A stretch of DNA of 64,000 nucleotides from a virus (taxonomy: Duplodnaviria > Caudoviricetes): positions 14,988 to 78,987 of IMG/VR virus record IMGVR_UViG_3300020037_002148, one strand, 5' to 3'. Both the position numbers and the translations under genes were made by a program. Every line of letters starts with the position of its first letter. The stretch's first letter is position 1. Shown in pieces: positions 48,157-59,540 of the stretch. The notes beneath the pieces were generated by a model, which saw nothing but the letters and a program-made list of their open reading frames with translations, was not told where the DNA came from and did not search any database.

Positions 48157-50966
48157 CCAGTAGAAGGTATTATAGGTCTAGTTTCTTTAACTACTCTGTC
48201 AAGATACTTATCATATATTTGACTTGATACAACTTCACCAAGACTTTGAGACATATTCATAATTTGACTAATTAAAAACTCTTTAGTTCCTTGCTCACCT
48301 TTTTGTGCTTTTAAACTTGCAATAATTTGAGTATCTTTCATTAATCTCTCCATATTTAAAGTAATATTAGTTACTAAACCAATATTATTAGTATGGAAAT
48401 TAATTCTATTATCTTTAGTTGATATTCCATTTATATCTGCACTATCATATAACTCTATTAAATAGTCTCCTTTAGAGATACCGTCTACACCTCTATTACC
48501 AAAATCTCTTTTAATAACAATATCTCCTTGTTCTTTTAATCCTGGATAAGTGTATCTCATATATCCAGCATTATTAGAAAGACCATCATGTATTTTCTTA
48601 TTCTCCTGAATCATAGTTCTACTTTCAACACCTAATACATCATCTGCAATTCTTTCTAAAGAATTATCTCCTGCTATTTTTATACCTACAGTGGTTAACT
48701 CATCATTACTAAGATCAATATTTTTAGATTTATTTTTTCTACCTAAATCTAAACCACTTACAGTAAGACACGCATAAAGCTCTCCATCAATATTTTGAAA
48801 AGTAACTGTTTCTACAGATTCTACATTATCTTCTCCAAGTTTCTTTTGTTTTTTTAATCTTTGAGCTTTAAAGTTATCTAATTGTTCTGCTGTTAATTGT
48901 TCTCCTGTTCTTACATAAAATATATTACCACTACTCCCTTGCTGACTTATTCTTTCATCTAAAGAAGATTTTAATTGAGCTTTATATTTAGCTGCGTCAT
49001 CAGCAGATTTACCACTTGAAGTAGTAGCAGCATCTATATAATAAACAGTCCCTCTACCAAGTCTTTGTATCTCTTTTAATTGAGCTAATTTATCATTAAA
49101 GAGAGTTAATGATTTAGTATTATTAACTGCTAATTTTTCTTTATACTCTTTATACGCATATGCCTCAGGACTTAATTGTGAAGGATTTGTTCCTTGACCA
49201 AATCTACTTCTCTCTCCTACAGGAGTATATGGTTTTTTACCTGAATTTAAATCATCTATTTCTTTTTGTAGTTCTAATTCTGATTTGGTTATAGAAAGAT
49301 TATTTTTCTTTTTATATTCATCAAAAGTAAATGTTCCTTTTTCTTTTTCAGTATTATAAGCAGTACCTGTTAATTGAGTCCAGAAATCATTTAATTCTTG
49401 AAGAGTCCCATTATGACTATCTAAAGTAATTTGTTGAGATTTATATGCTTTTTCCATTACATCTAACAATCCAGCTATTTTAGATTGTTGTTCAGCAGGC
49501 ATTGCTTTAAATGTTTTAGTATCTCTTATTTTAGAAAAATCTGCTAAATCAACCTTAGCACCACCATAAGGTGTATTAGTTATAGTAGCTAAATTACCAT
49601 TTTTAGTATATTCATTAATAATTTCTTTTGTTTTATAAGCTATATCAGATTTAGTTCCAAGTTTATCATCTCCTTGAATATAAGATTTTAAAATATTATC
49701 TTTTGTATCTCTTATTGTCTGAGTTAATTGTAAAACATCTTTTGATGTCATTTGTTGTTTTTCTATAAACCCTGAAGCATCTTTAATATCACCTAATTCT
49801 GTAAAATCAGGATCATAAAAATCTATTTCACCAGCATTAATTAAACTTTTAATAGAAAAATCTTCTTCTGTAGGCTTCTCCATTGATTTTTTAAATGCTT
49901 CAAAAGCATAATCATTTTTTATAATACTGATTTTATGAGCTACATCATTTCTTCTTTTAAGTTTAGAAACATCTTCCACCATTCCATCTAATAAATCTTC
50001 ACCATAAGTATTTTTTAATTGATTATAGCTTTTTATAGAATTTACTTTACCGATATTATTTAATATTTCTTTTTTAGTAGAAATTAATTGTTTTTTTTCA
50101 GTATCATCTTTAGATTTAGATATTTGATCGTCAATTAATCTTAATTTTTCTTCATTAACTTTATTAAGTTGTCCTGTAAATAAACTCCAATTATCATTAT
50201 TTACTCCTTGTGAGAATAAATCTAAATGACTTTGTTCATTAATCCAACCTGTATATCTTGGATCTTTAGATATTAAAGGTTTTACTAAACTAAATATTTC
50301 ATCAGGGTCTAATTTATTTGAATGTGCTTCATCTAAATAAAAATAATTACCATCAGTATATATATGATTTCCAGGAGCTAATTCTGATAATCCTTTAACT
50401 TCACCATAACTTGTATTTTCATTTACAGCTATTTCTTTAGCAAAATCTAAGGATGCTTTTACTATATCTTGATAACCTATTAAATTAGTAGCAGGAGCAC
50501 CATTTAATTCTCCTGTAGATACAGCTCCTTTATATCTTGAAATTACTTCTTGTTTTTTAATTTGTTTATAAGTATCTGGAAGATTAGATTTTTCAATATC
50601 ATCCATAGATTTAGCTATATCAGTTTTATTTTGCATTAATTGATACTCTACTCCACCAGGTTGTTTTTCTCTTCCTATTTGTTGTAAATAACTTTGAAGG
50701 GCTTTATTTCCTTTATTAGTTCCTACTGTAGCATAAGTCTTAGCTAAATCAGCTTCAGCTTGTTGTCTATTTAATCTAAGTTGCTTTTTAGTCATAGGAT
50801 CTGTTGCTAGATTAGAAGAATCTATAGGAGCATTTAAAGCAGCTTGAGCTAATTGATAACCTTGTTCTTGATTAGTTAATAAATTATCTACTTGTTTCCA
50901 GTCTGGAGACCAAATAGGAATATCCCAATTTACAGGAGCATAATTTGTATATCTTGTAGTACCCAT
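48114..50966 (-). CDS. virion cargo/ejection protein
   Basis: 950 aa, helical, located between the cargo-1-like gene and the RNAP as in crAss-like gene order. Confidence 0.6.
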   Translation of the reverse strand: MGTTRYTNYAPVNWDIPIWSPDWKQVDNLLTNQEQGYQLAQAALNAPIDSSNLATDPMTKKQLRLNRQQAEADLAKTYATVGTNKGNKALQSYLQQIGREKQPGGVEYQLMQNKTDIAKSMDDIEKSNLPDTYKQIKKQEVISRYKGAVSTGELNGAPATNLIGYQDIVKASLDFAKEIAVNENTSYGEVKGLSELAPGNHIYTDGNYFYLDEAHSNKLDPDEIFSLVKPLISKDPRYTGWINEQSHLDLFSQGVNNDNWSLFTGQLNKVNEEKLRLIDDQISKSKDDTEKKQLISTKKEILNNIGKVNSIKSYNQLKNTYGEDLLDGMVEDVSKLKRRNDVAHKISIIKNDYAFEAFKKSMEKPTEEDFSIKSLINAGEIDFYDPDFTELGDIKDASGFIEKQQMTSKDVLQLTQTIRDTKDNILKSYIQGDDKLGTKSDIAYKTKEIINEYTKNGNLATITNTPYGGAKVDLADFSKIRDTKTFKAMPAEQQSKIAGLLDVMEKAYKSQQITLDSHNGTLQELNDFWTQLTGTAYNTEKEKGTFTFDEYKKKNNLSITKSELELQKEIDDLNSGKKPYTPVGERSRFGQGTNPSQLSPEAYAYKEYKEKLAVNNTKSLTLFNDKLAQLKEIQRLGRGTVYYIDAATTSSGKSADDAAKYKAQLKSSLDERISQQGSSGNIFYVRTGEQLTAEQLDNFKAQRLKKQKKLGEDNVESVETVTFQNIDGELYACLTVSGLDLGRKNKSKNIDLSNDELTTVGIKIAGDNSLERIADDVLGVESRTMIQENKKIHDGLSNNAGYMRYTYPGLKEQGDIVIKRDFGNRGVDGISKGDYLIELYDSADINGISTKDNRINFHTNNIGLVTNITLNMERLMKDTQIIASLKAQKGEQGTKEFLISQIMNMSQSLGEVVSSQIYDKYLDRVVKETRPIIPSTGNFTNPQQSIIRFQ

Positions 50967-53900
50967 TATTTAGTTAAATATTTATTTTCAAGTTCATGTA
51001 TTTCTGCATTCCAAGATGCTTCTGTGCCACCTGCTGCTAAGTATTTCTTTTTATTTTCAGCTTTTAAAGTTTCTCTTTTAGCTTTATCAGATTCAGATTC
51101 TAATTCTCCTGCAAATTCAACAATATTAATTCCAGCTTTATTCCAAGTTTTGTAACTTGTAGGACCAAAATTAATTCCTTTAGCTTTAAGTATGTTTTCC
51201 TGAAATTGATTTTCTTTATTTACATAATCTTTCTTCAATAAGAAATCTCCTAAACCACCAATGCTTTCTTTCAAGAATTTATCTCTTTGATTTTGTACAT
51301 TACCTTTAGCTCTTGCATTTAAGTCTTCAGCATAATTTTGAGCTACAACTTTTTGTTGTCCTAAATTATTTAATACTTGAGCTTCATCAGCTCTATATTG
51401 ATTATTCTGCAAAGATTCATCAAATTTAGTTTTAGCAATAGCATTTACATTATTAGCATTTAATTTTTGTAAATTAGCTTGCATTACACCTACAGATGTA
51501 GAATTATTTGCAATATTTTGTTTAGCACCTGCTTCTTGTAAATCTAATTCATTTAATATAGATTGTACATCTACACTTCTATTTTTCATTATACCCTTAA
51601 TAGCATTTTCTTCTGGATTATATACAGGATTAACTAAATCAGGTTTTTTAAATGCTTGTATAGCATGTCCTAATAATTCAGCACCTTTAATTCCATAACC
51701 AGCAATTTCTAAAGCTGAAGGTTTGTTTTTACCATCAACTCCTTTTACAATAGGAGTGCCTACTTGACCTGGTTTATAAAATTCATAATCTGATTTAGCT
51801 TCTGAATTATCATTAGTAGTAGTATTAAATTTTGATTTATTTAAAGGTCCTAAATTACTTCTATCTTCAACTGGTCCAATATTACCATAATTTAAAATAT
51901 TATTTTGTTGCATTAATTTAGTAAAATAATCTGGATCTGAAGGATCTAATTTTCCACCTGTTTCATATTTTTTAATTTTTCCTCCCATTTTCATTTTATC
52001 ATTCATTTCAAAAAAAGGATATGAAAATTTATCAATAAGTCCTGATTGACTTCTTGGTAAAAAGATTCCTTTTTTAATATAATCTTCTCTTAATTTCTCA
52101 CCTGTTTTGTAATTATCTAAAGTACCAATATCTTTATTTGTTGGTACAATTTTATTATCTAATAAATCTCCAGTATAATAATTTTGTTCATTTCTATATT
52201 CTTCAGGTACTTTTTTAAGCCATTCTTGATATTCAATACTTTTTATATTTCTTGGATTTGGAGTTTTAATACTTCCACCTTTATCAAACTGCTCTATCCA
52301 AGTAGAATTAGTATCTTTTCTTTTATAAATTTTCATTCCATTAGGAGTTTTTACTGTTTGTGTTAGATAATCAGGTAAAGGGTTTCCTCTATTGATAGGT
52401 ACATAATTATCACCCTCCCATTTACCTGCTGGCATTCCTTCTTTATAATATTTACTTTCTACACTAAATGTAGGATGATTTGGTAATTTATATTTATCAG
52501 TTAAATGTTGATTTTTATCTTCAGCTTTAAAATTAGGATTGTCTTTATAAAATCCTTTTAAATCATAATCACCTTCATATTGAAGATTTTTAGGTAAAGT
52601 TTTTCTCCATGCTTGATAAGATTCTTCATTTCCTTCTTGCTCATCAGGAAAAGCAAATTTCTTTTTAGGAATAGGTACTTTTACTTCTTCTTTCTTTTTA
52701 TAAATAATAGGTTGAACTGGTTTTTTATACATTTGCATATCTCCAGTATAACCATTTCCAAAATTTCTTTCATTAGATATTTTTTCTGGTATTACAGGTT
52801 TGCCATTTAATTTAGTTAATCTTGTTCCTGCTTGATTATATTTATTATTTTTATTTATAGTACCATCTGTATTGTAAAATTGATTAACATATTTTTTCCA
52901 AATATCTTCTGTTGTAGAAGGATTATTAAGTAATTTATTACCTTCAATTCCTAATTTATATAAACTTAAACTATCATTATAAGCTTGAAGTCTTTTATCT
53001 TTAGGATTGTCTGTGTATATAGGGTCTACTTTACCTCCATTTTTAAATTGAAAATTATTTTTTTTAAATTTTATCTTACCATAATTATTTATAATAGGGT
53101 TTAAATTAGAAATATTTTCCTGTGGGTAATTTAAATCTTGAAATTTTTGATATTGCTCTTGACTAGTAAAAAATTTACCATCAGGACTATAAAAAGAATT
53201 ATCCATCATATCGTTAAATGAATTTACATTTCTTCTTTTATTTAACATTCCTCCTAGAGCAAATTCTTGAACTTGAGCTAATAAATTTTGATTTTGTTCT
53301 TCAGCTAATTGTCTTTGTTTCTCATTTTTCTTCATAAGTTCTGTAAGTTCTATATCTAATGAATTTTTAGATATTACATCTTCTCTATCTTTATATTTTC
53401 TATTTATTTTATCAGCTTGTTTAGCAAATGTCCAATCATTTTTATATAAAAGAGTATCAGAAAATATATAATCTTTATAAGAGTTTTCTTTTTTCTCAAT
53501 TTCAGCTACAGCTTTACTTTGGTCATTTGTAGGATTTTTATTTTTGTCAATAAATTGACCACCTTCTTCATGAGATTCAGTGTTAAATTGTTTAAAGTCT
53601 TTAGAACTTGAGTTAGTTACAAGTCCACCTAAAGCCATTTCTACTACATTACCAAAATTTAAATTAGATCCTTTATTTTTAGTTTCAAATTGTTTATCAA
53701 ATCTTTTATCCATTTCTGGAAGAGCAAAATTACCAAAAGGAAGAAATTGTAATGCTTTTTGACCTGCTGTAAGATTTTTATTATGTATAGAACCTAAACC
53801 ATTTTGAAAAGGATCTGTAATACTTCTCATAGTTTCTTCACCTTTTTTACCACCTATAGCTCCACCAATACCATTAGCCATTTTTTCTATACCTCTAAAC

Positions 53901-54202
53901 ATTCCTATAAAAGGATTAGATTGAGCTAATTGATCTTTACCTTTTTCTAGTCCTTGCTGTTCAGCAGTTAATTCTACTTTAGAAGGCGTTGCACTTCCTA
54001 TGCCACCCATAATTCCTCCAGCCATACCTACTTTAGCATCTGTACTCATTCCTGTTTGTTGTTGACTGTAATCAGGTATAGAACTTAATCCTGAGTCATA
54101 TCCTTGTAACATATTACTATCAGCTAATTGTACAGTGTCACCTGTAGTCATATAACCACCAGGAGCATATTTAGGTATTTTAAATTTCTTTTTTAGTTTC
54201 AT
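50966..54202 (-). CDS. virion cargo protein (crAss cargo-1-like) with repeated aromatic/Met-x-x-GG motifs
   Basis: YAPGG, MALGG, FALGG, FKNGG, FDKGG, MKMGG, YETGG; SHEEGG; Gly-rich hydrophobic stretch; follows the muzzle gene. Confidence 0.6.
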   Translation of the reverse strand: MKLKKKFKIPKYAPGGYMTTGDTVQLADSNMLQGYDSGLSSIPDYSQQQTGMSTDAKVGMAGGIMGGIGSATPSKVELTAEQQGLEKGKDQLAQSNPFIGMFRGIEKMANGIGGAIGGKKGEETMRSITDPFQNGLGSIHNKNLTAGQKALQFLPFGNFALPEMDKRFDKQFETKNKGSNLNFGNVVEMALGGLVTNSSSKDFKQFNTESHEEGGQFIDKNKNPTNDQSKAVAEIEKKENSYKDYIFSDTLLYKNDWTFAKQADKINRKYKDREDVISKNSLDIELTELMKKNEKQRQLAEEQNQNLLAQVQEFALGGMLNKRRNVNSFNDMMDNSFYSPDGKFFTSQEQYQKFQDLNYPQENISNLNPIINNYGKIKFKKNNFQFKNGGKVDPIYTDNPKDKRLQAYNDSLSLYKLGIEGNKLLNNPSTTEDIWKKYVNQFYNTDGTINKNNKYNQAGTRLTKLNGKPVIPEKISNERNFGNGYTGDMQMYKKPVQPIIYKKKEEVKVPIPKKKFAFPDEQEGNEESYQAWRKTLPKNLQYEGDYDLKGFYKDNPNFKAEDKNQHLTDKYKLPNHPTFSVESKYYKEGMPAGKWEGDNYVPINRGNPLPDYLTQTVKTPNGMKIYKRKDTNSTWIEQFDKGGSIKTPNPRNIKSIEYQEWLKKVPEEYRNEQNYYTGDLLDNKIVPTNKDIGTLDNYKTGEKLREDYIKKGIFLPRSQSGLIDKFSYPFFEMNDKMKMGGKIKKYETGGKLDPSDPDYFTKLMQQNNILNYGNIGPVEDRSNLGPLNKSKFNTTTNDNSEAKSDYEFYKPGQVGTPIVKGVDGKNKPSALEIAGYGIKGAELLGHAIQAFKKPDLVNPVYNPEENAIKGIMKNRSVDVQSILNELDLQEAGAKQNIANNSTSVGVMQANLQKLNANNVNAIAKTKFDESLQNNQYRADEAQVLNNLGQQKVVAQNYAEDLNARAKGNVQNQRDKFLKESIGGLGDFLLKKDYVNKENQFQENILKAKGINFGPTSYKTWNKAGINIVEFAGELESESDKAKRETLKAENKKKYLAAGGTEASWNAEIHELENKYLTK

Positions 54203-54267
54203 TATACTAAGTTAATACATTTATTATTTCTAAGCACTAAATTAATTATTTTTAATTACAAATTTAA

Positions 54268-57200
54268 TTATCTGAAAGATGTGCTATTGTTATTATTAGT
54301 GATAAACACTTTAAATTTATAATTTTTAACTTTATCATTAGTAAAGAATAATCTTATAAATTTGATTTTATCTTTAATATCAGCTAATTCATATAAACTT
54401 TTATTTATATTAATTAAATTCTGATTTTGTACTTTATCAATATATCCTTTGTTGTTGAAATCTAATTTAATATCATTCCATTTACTTGAAACAGAAGGAG
54501 TACCACTTCTCACACTTAAATCTCTAATTCCAGAAAGCTTCCAGTTTTTATCTGTGGAGTCTACAATTTTATCTGTATTACTCCAGCTTATATTTTCATA
54601 AGGATTATCTTTCACTTTAATATTAAATATTCCTGAAGATTGTGTATTAGTATATACAAGTCCTTTTTGAAAAGTTATATTTTCTATTTCAGTGTATTGC
54701 TTCAATAATAAATCTAAAACTTCTGTAGTAGATAACCAGTAAATACTATTCAATGAAGTTGTCATTACATCTTTATCTACATATTCAATTATAAAGTCTT
54801 GTTTATTTCCATAATAGCTTTGATAATCACCTTTATCATGTTGCCATATTGTGCTCAATTTATTATCTAAATTATCATATTGATTATTTACAGAATTCAA
54901 TGATGAATAAAAAGTGTTTGCATCATTAAAATAAAAGTTAGGTAGATAACTATGAAAAGATAACCAAGCTTCATTCATTAATGAATAACTAATTGTCCAA
55001 GATAGATTTTCAAATCTAGTGGAATCTGTAAGATTATATACTTGATTAGGATTAAATGTAGATTCTTCAATTATCTTATAATCTTTTTTAGTGATTATAA
55101 TTCTTTTATGTCTAGGATCATATGTAGTAATAAAACCTATTCCATTAATTAAACTAGGTTGATTATTTTGAGGATATTCTTCACTAAATAATCTTTGCCA
55201 TTGTTTATTTAATTGTATTTCAATATTTTCTTCAAAATAGTTTCTCATACCTGTAGCAGAGATTTCCTTTAATCCTTGACTAAGTAATAATACTTTACCT
55301 GTAAGATCATCTACATAAACAGTTCCAAATTCTGTTGTAATTGTAGCCCATTTACAAGAACTTCCACCATAACCATATTTAGTAGAGATCAATTCTCTTG
55401 GAGGTACACTAAAGAATTCTCCAGTACCTACAAATAATGTAGTTTGATCTGTATTTATTTGATATGGTTTTGTTACTATCTTATAAATAGATTGTTTTGT
55501 ATGAGCATAGAGTTCATCAAAATTAATAAATAGATTTGTTATTGGTCCTGTATTAGCTGGTAAATCTCTATAATTGTTAGCGTAGAATATTCTATAATTA
55601 TCAGAAGTTTGTTCTTGATTACCTTGTTCAGAATAAGTTATTCTTACAGGAAAGTTTTCTCTGCATTCACTGCAATAATCATAATTTAATTGCAGAGAAT
55701 AATATGGTTTAATAGTATCATTTTTAGAATAATCTCTATTGTATAAATATTTATTTTTAATGTAAGTATTATTAAACCATGCTGAAGTTCCTCCATCACC
55801 TAAGTTATCAAAATTAATATCTTTACCATTCCAATCTAAATCTAAAAATTTATTCCATTCACCATTATAATAATCCCAAAAAGTATTATCTTTACTTAAT
55901 ACATCTAATAAATCAATACTTCTTAATTCAGTATTTATTTCACTTTCAACAAAATAAGTGATGAGTGTTTTATTTACATCAAAATTTTCAGATACTTCTG
56001 TACATAAAATTCCAGGACAATTTTGTTCTACACATAATTTATTAAATGCTGACGAAAAAAAACTAAATTTATTTATAAAACAATCTCCTCCAAATAAAAT
56101 AATTCTATTTATGTTTGTTGGTAATATTTCATTATGTAGTTTATAATATTTTCTAAGATTTATTTGCCCATACATTGTTCTATTATATAATTTCATAGAA
56201 GTATAAAAAGCATTTACATTTCCTGTTACAAAAGCATCAGAATCAGATATTCTATCTATTTCATCATTAAGTTCAAATGCAGTAGTTTCTTGAGAGTTAT
56301 TATTTAAAAACCCATATTTAAAATAACCTTCTGCAATTTCAGTATCAGCATCTATGTATGTAGCATCTTTTTCAAGAGTTAAATTAGTTTGTTGATTAGT
56401 TTTTATTGAATTTTGATTATAATCAGCTTTCTTGTAATATCTTGTAATTTCTGTACCTCCTTGAGAATCAGTCCATGATTCTATATTTCCTTCTAAAACT
56501 CTTTCTACTTTCATATAAGTAGAACTTAAAGAAGATTTATAGAACTTAGATACTGGTCCATGAAATGAAATTGATTTATGATTATAAATAGCTCCATCTA
56601 CACATGCTATTGTAGGACCTCCAAAATCAACACATCCTTGTCCTTCAGGGCAATCCTCACATGTAGTTTCCATAGTACCTACATAATCTGTACCATCTCC
56701 ACAATCAGTATCTATTGAAGAATAATTAGGGATAAAAGGGAAAGGACCACTTTGTTCTATTTGATGTCTTCCTGCAATTGTAGTCTGCACATAATATTTT
56801 TTCTTATCTCCTCCATTAACTGCTATTGCAGGTAATATAAAATTTTCATAAATTAAACCTTTATCAATAATAGTTTTATTTTGTTGAGTTCTTTGTTCTC
56901 TAACAATATATACACCAATTACTTCATCAGCATATTCTGCTGGTATTTGAATATTTGAAAATTCTAACCCTAAAGGAAGTATATAATTTATATCATCTAC
57001 AATAGTAAAATGTTCTTCAAGTGTAGTATCAGGCATCTTATGATGTCTTATTTTCTGACCTACAATTTTACCATTAATTTCTTCTATTGGATAAATGTAA
57101 TTATCATTACAATCTTTTAGAATAGGATAATGTTGTTCACTTTCATAAAAAGCTAACTCACCTTTAGAATAATATTCATCATCTATAGTATTTAATTCTC

Positions 57201-58671
57201 TTCTATAAGCTGTATTATATGCTTTCCATCTTTCACAATATCTTTTACCACTAATAATAATAAAATCACTTGGGATTAAAAATTTAAAATCTGGTAATAA
57301 ATTACCTCCTAAATCTTCTGCAAGTATTAAAGCAGAGTCCCAACCTGTATCTGTTACTCCAGTATTATTATTTGGTCTTGAATGTGTATTAGGATCTGAA
57401 GCAGGAAATAAAGTTCCTACATTAGGATTATTTTTAGCTCTACCTACTATATGAAAAGCAGGAGATTCTGTACCATCAGTAAATACAGCAACTGCTGCAA
57501 ATGAATATATTTCATCTCTCATTTCAGTTCTATAGTCTGAATATGCTGTACCTGATTTAGATAACCCACTTGTAGAAGATGAATTATCAGAAGTATGTTT
57601 TATAGCTTTAGTTACATAATTAACACTTATGTTTGCAAATAATCTCTGAAATTCAGAATAGTTTCTAACTTTACCTTTAAGGTTTCCTTTAATAAGTCTA
57701 TTATCAGTTTGTGTAATAGTTTCTGAAATATTATAAGGGTTCGTGGAAATAGTTAATTCATCTAAAGTAATAGTAGTAGTTCCATCAATTTTAATATCTG
57801 AAAGAGTGTAAGGCATTTCTTCAGCAGTTATACCTATTTTCTCAACTCTATAATATGTTGTAACACCATTCTTACTATATCCTACAATAATATTCAGATA
57901 TAAATAACTCATATCTAAATTATCTATTGTAAAAGAAATAGATTTATTTGTTGAAGGAATATTAGTTCCTGGAATCCCACCAATTATATTTTTGTAATCT
58001 CCATTATAATTTCCATATACAATAGGTATTGGAAGTGTAAATCCAAATTTATCAGAAGTGTTTCCAAATTTATCTTCGTATTCTAATACTAATTGATAAA
58101 CACCTAATTCAAGATTACCTCCTGAATTATTAATTACAATATCTTTTACAGATGCAATATTAAAATTTCTTTTATTTTTTATAAGTTCACAATCAAAGTT
58201 ACCAAATCTATCTAAATAAGAATGAGAAGATGGATTTTTTAATATTTCATCAATGTTCATCACTCTATCAGGATTCATTCCATCTACAAAATAAATAACT
58301 CTCTCACAACCACCTAACACTCTATAAACACCTTGTATTTGGTTTTGGAAATTTAAACATGTAGAGTCTACTAATGTAATAATTGAACAACTATTTAAAT
58401 TAGCTAATATAATTTGATTTAAAGTATTATTCTTATCTTTAATAAAAAGTATTACTTCATCATTATCTAAAGTGATATATCCTATAGGAAAAGAATTAGT
58501 AGGTAAATCTAAACATTCTATATTTCCAAGTTCAGCTATTAGAGTTGTAAAATCACCTTCCATGCTTTCATTAATAGCATTTAAAGCGAAAGTATATGTA
58601 CTATCCCCTTGATTAAGTTGATACATGTCTTTATTAAGACCTTTAATAAATGTATTTAACTTTTGTTCCAT
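54268..58671 (-). CDS. tail stabilisation/muzzle protein
   Basis: N-terminus NTFIKGLNKD...YTFALNA; beta-rich; C-terminal SFHSYLP and YYG; position next to ring genes. Confidence 0.7.
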   Translation of the reverse strand: MEQKLNTFIKGLNKDMYQLNQGDSTYTFALNAINESMEGDFTTLIAELGNIECLDLPTNSFPIGYITLDNDEVILFIKDKNNTLNQIILANLNSCSIITLVDSTCLNFQNQIQGVYRVLGGCERVIYFVDGMNPDRVMNIDEILKNPSSHSYLDRFGNFDCELIKNKRNFNIASVKDIVINNSGGNLELGVYQLVLEYEDKFGNTSDKFGFTLPIPIVYGNYNGDYKNIIGGIPGTNIPSTNKSISFTIDNLDMSYLYLNIIVGYSKNGVTTYYRVEKIGITAEEMPYTLSDIKIDGTTTITLDELTISTNPYNISETITQTDNRLIKGNLKGKVRNYSEFQRLFANISVNYVTKAIKHTSDNSSSTSGLSKSGTAYSDYRTEMRDEIYSFAAVAVFTDGTESPAFHIVGRAKNNPNVGTLFPASDPNTHSRPNNNTGVTDTGWDSALILAEDLGGNLLPDFKFLIPSDFIIISGKRYCERWKAYNTAYRRELNTIDDEYYSKGELAFYESEQHYPILKDCNDNYIYPIEEINGKIVGQKIRHHKMPDTTLEEHFTIVDDINYILPLGLEFSNIQIPAEYADEVIGVYIVREQRTQQNKTIIDKGLIYENFILPAIAVNGGDKKKYYVQTTIAGRHQIEQSGPFPFIPNYSSIDTDCGDGTDYVGTMETTCEDCPEGQGCVDFGGPTIACVDGAIYNHKSISFHGPVSKFYKSSLSSTYMKVERVLEGNIESWTDSQGGTEITRYYKKADYNQNSIKTNQQTNLTLEKDATYIDADTEIAEGYFKYGFLNNNSQETTAFELNDEIDRISDSDAFVTGNVNAFYTSMKLYNRTMYGQINLRKYYKLHNEILPTNINRIILFGGDCFINKFSFFSSAFNKLCVEQNCPGILCTEVSENFDVNKTLITYFVESEINTELRSIDLLDVLSKDNTFWDYYNGEWNKFLDLDWNGKDINFDNLGDGGTSAWFNNTYIKNKYLYNRDYSKNDTIKPYYSLQLNYDYCSECRENFPVRITYSEQGNQEQTSDNYRIFYANNYRDLPANTGPITNLFINFDELYAHTKQSIYKIVTKPYQINTDQTTLFVGTGEFFSVPPRELISTKYGYGGSSCKWATITTEFGTVYVDDLTGKVLLLSQGLKEISATGMRNYFEENIEIQLNKQWQRLFSEEYPQNNQPSLINGIGFITTYDPRHKRIIITKKDYKIIEESTFNPNQVYNLTDSTRFENLSWTISYSLMNEAWLSFHSYLPNFYFNDANTFYSSLNSVNNQYDNLDNKLSTIWQHDKGDYQSYYGNKQDFIIEYVDKDVMTTSLNSIYWLSTTEVLDLLLKQYTEIENITFQKGLVYTNTQSSGIFNIKVKDNPYENISWSNTDKIVDSTDKNWKLSGIRDLSVRSGTPSVSSKWNDIKLDFNNKGYIDKVQNQNLININKSLYELADIKDKIKFIRLFFTNDKVKNYKFKVFITNNNNSTSFR

Positions 58672-59540
58672 TAAATATTCACTTTAAGTTGACTTCCAAA
58701 TCTTCTATTATAAACTGTATCATAAACACCTTTATTAAATATAGTGTAAGAACTAGCCCATTTTATATTTTTAAATACAATGTTTTTCCATTCATTAAAA
58801 TCAAAAGTTTTAGTGATGAATATACCTCTAACTTTTTGAAATAAGTTCTGAGCTTTATTGATGTATAAATTATACATATTAAAAGCCCCTTCTTCTTTCA
58901 TATTCATTCTCACTTCCCAATGTTTAGCCATACACCAATTAGCAAGAGCTTGTATTAGATCTTCATTATCTGGTATAATATATTCACCATCTTCATCTAC
59001 AGCATATCTTAAATATGCTAAACAAATATATCCACTCTCAAAAGGAGTGGTGATATAACCATTAGGAGATAAGCTATAAGATAGTTCACAATTACTTCCT
59101 ATATTAGGACATGTATCACAATGGAATTTACTTGCAAAAGGTAGATTAGTTAATTTTAATATTTGAAAATTATTTCTAAAATAATTTGTATTATAAAATC
59201 TTGAATAATTAGCAACCACTTTAATGTTATCATGGCTTGCTATTTTATTCACATAGTCTTTATTATATCCACAATCACAATCTTCTAATTCTTGAGCATC
59301 ACTTACACATGGTATATAATGATTTATAGGTGAAGTGACTAATTCTATTTGAATTAAATCACATGGTAAAATAGCTTTATGATTTTTTACTTCAATAAAA
59401 ACAGCTTCTTGTTGATATGCTTTTTTTATATTTAAAATATCAAGACCATTTATAATCCATTCTATAATATCATCTTCTTCATATTGAGTTTTATCAATTG
59501 CTAATCTATTGATTACTGCTCTTACATTTGTAAATTGCAT
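58671..59540 (-). CDS. tail ring (tubular) protein
   Basis: EAVFIEV....AILPCDL, Y......I.T.F..G...LAY, DEDG..IIPD. Confidence 0.6.
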   Translation of the reverse strand: MQFTNVRAVINRLAIDKTQYEEDDIIEWIINGLDILNIKKAYQQEAVFIEVKNHKAILPCDLIQIELVTSPINHYIPCVSDAQELEDCDCGYNKDYVNKIASHDNIKVVANYSRFYNTNYFRNNFQILKLTNLPFASKFHCDTCPNIGSNCELSYSLSPNGYITTPFESGYICLAYLRYAVDEDGEYIIPDNEDLIQALANWCMAKHWEVRMNMKEEGAFNMYNLYINKAQNLFQKVRGIFITKTFDFNEWKNIVFKNIKWASSYTIFNKGVYDTVYNRRFGSQLKVNI

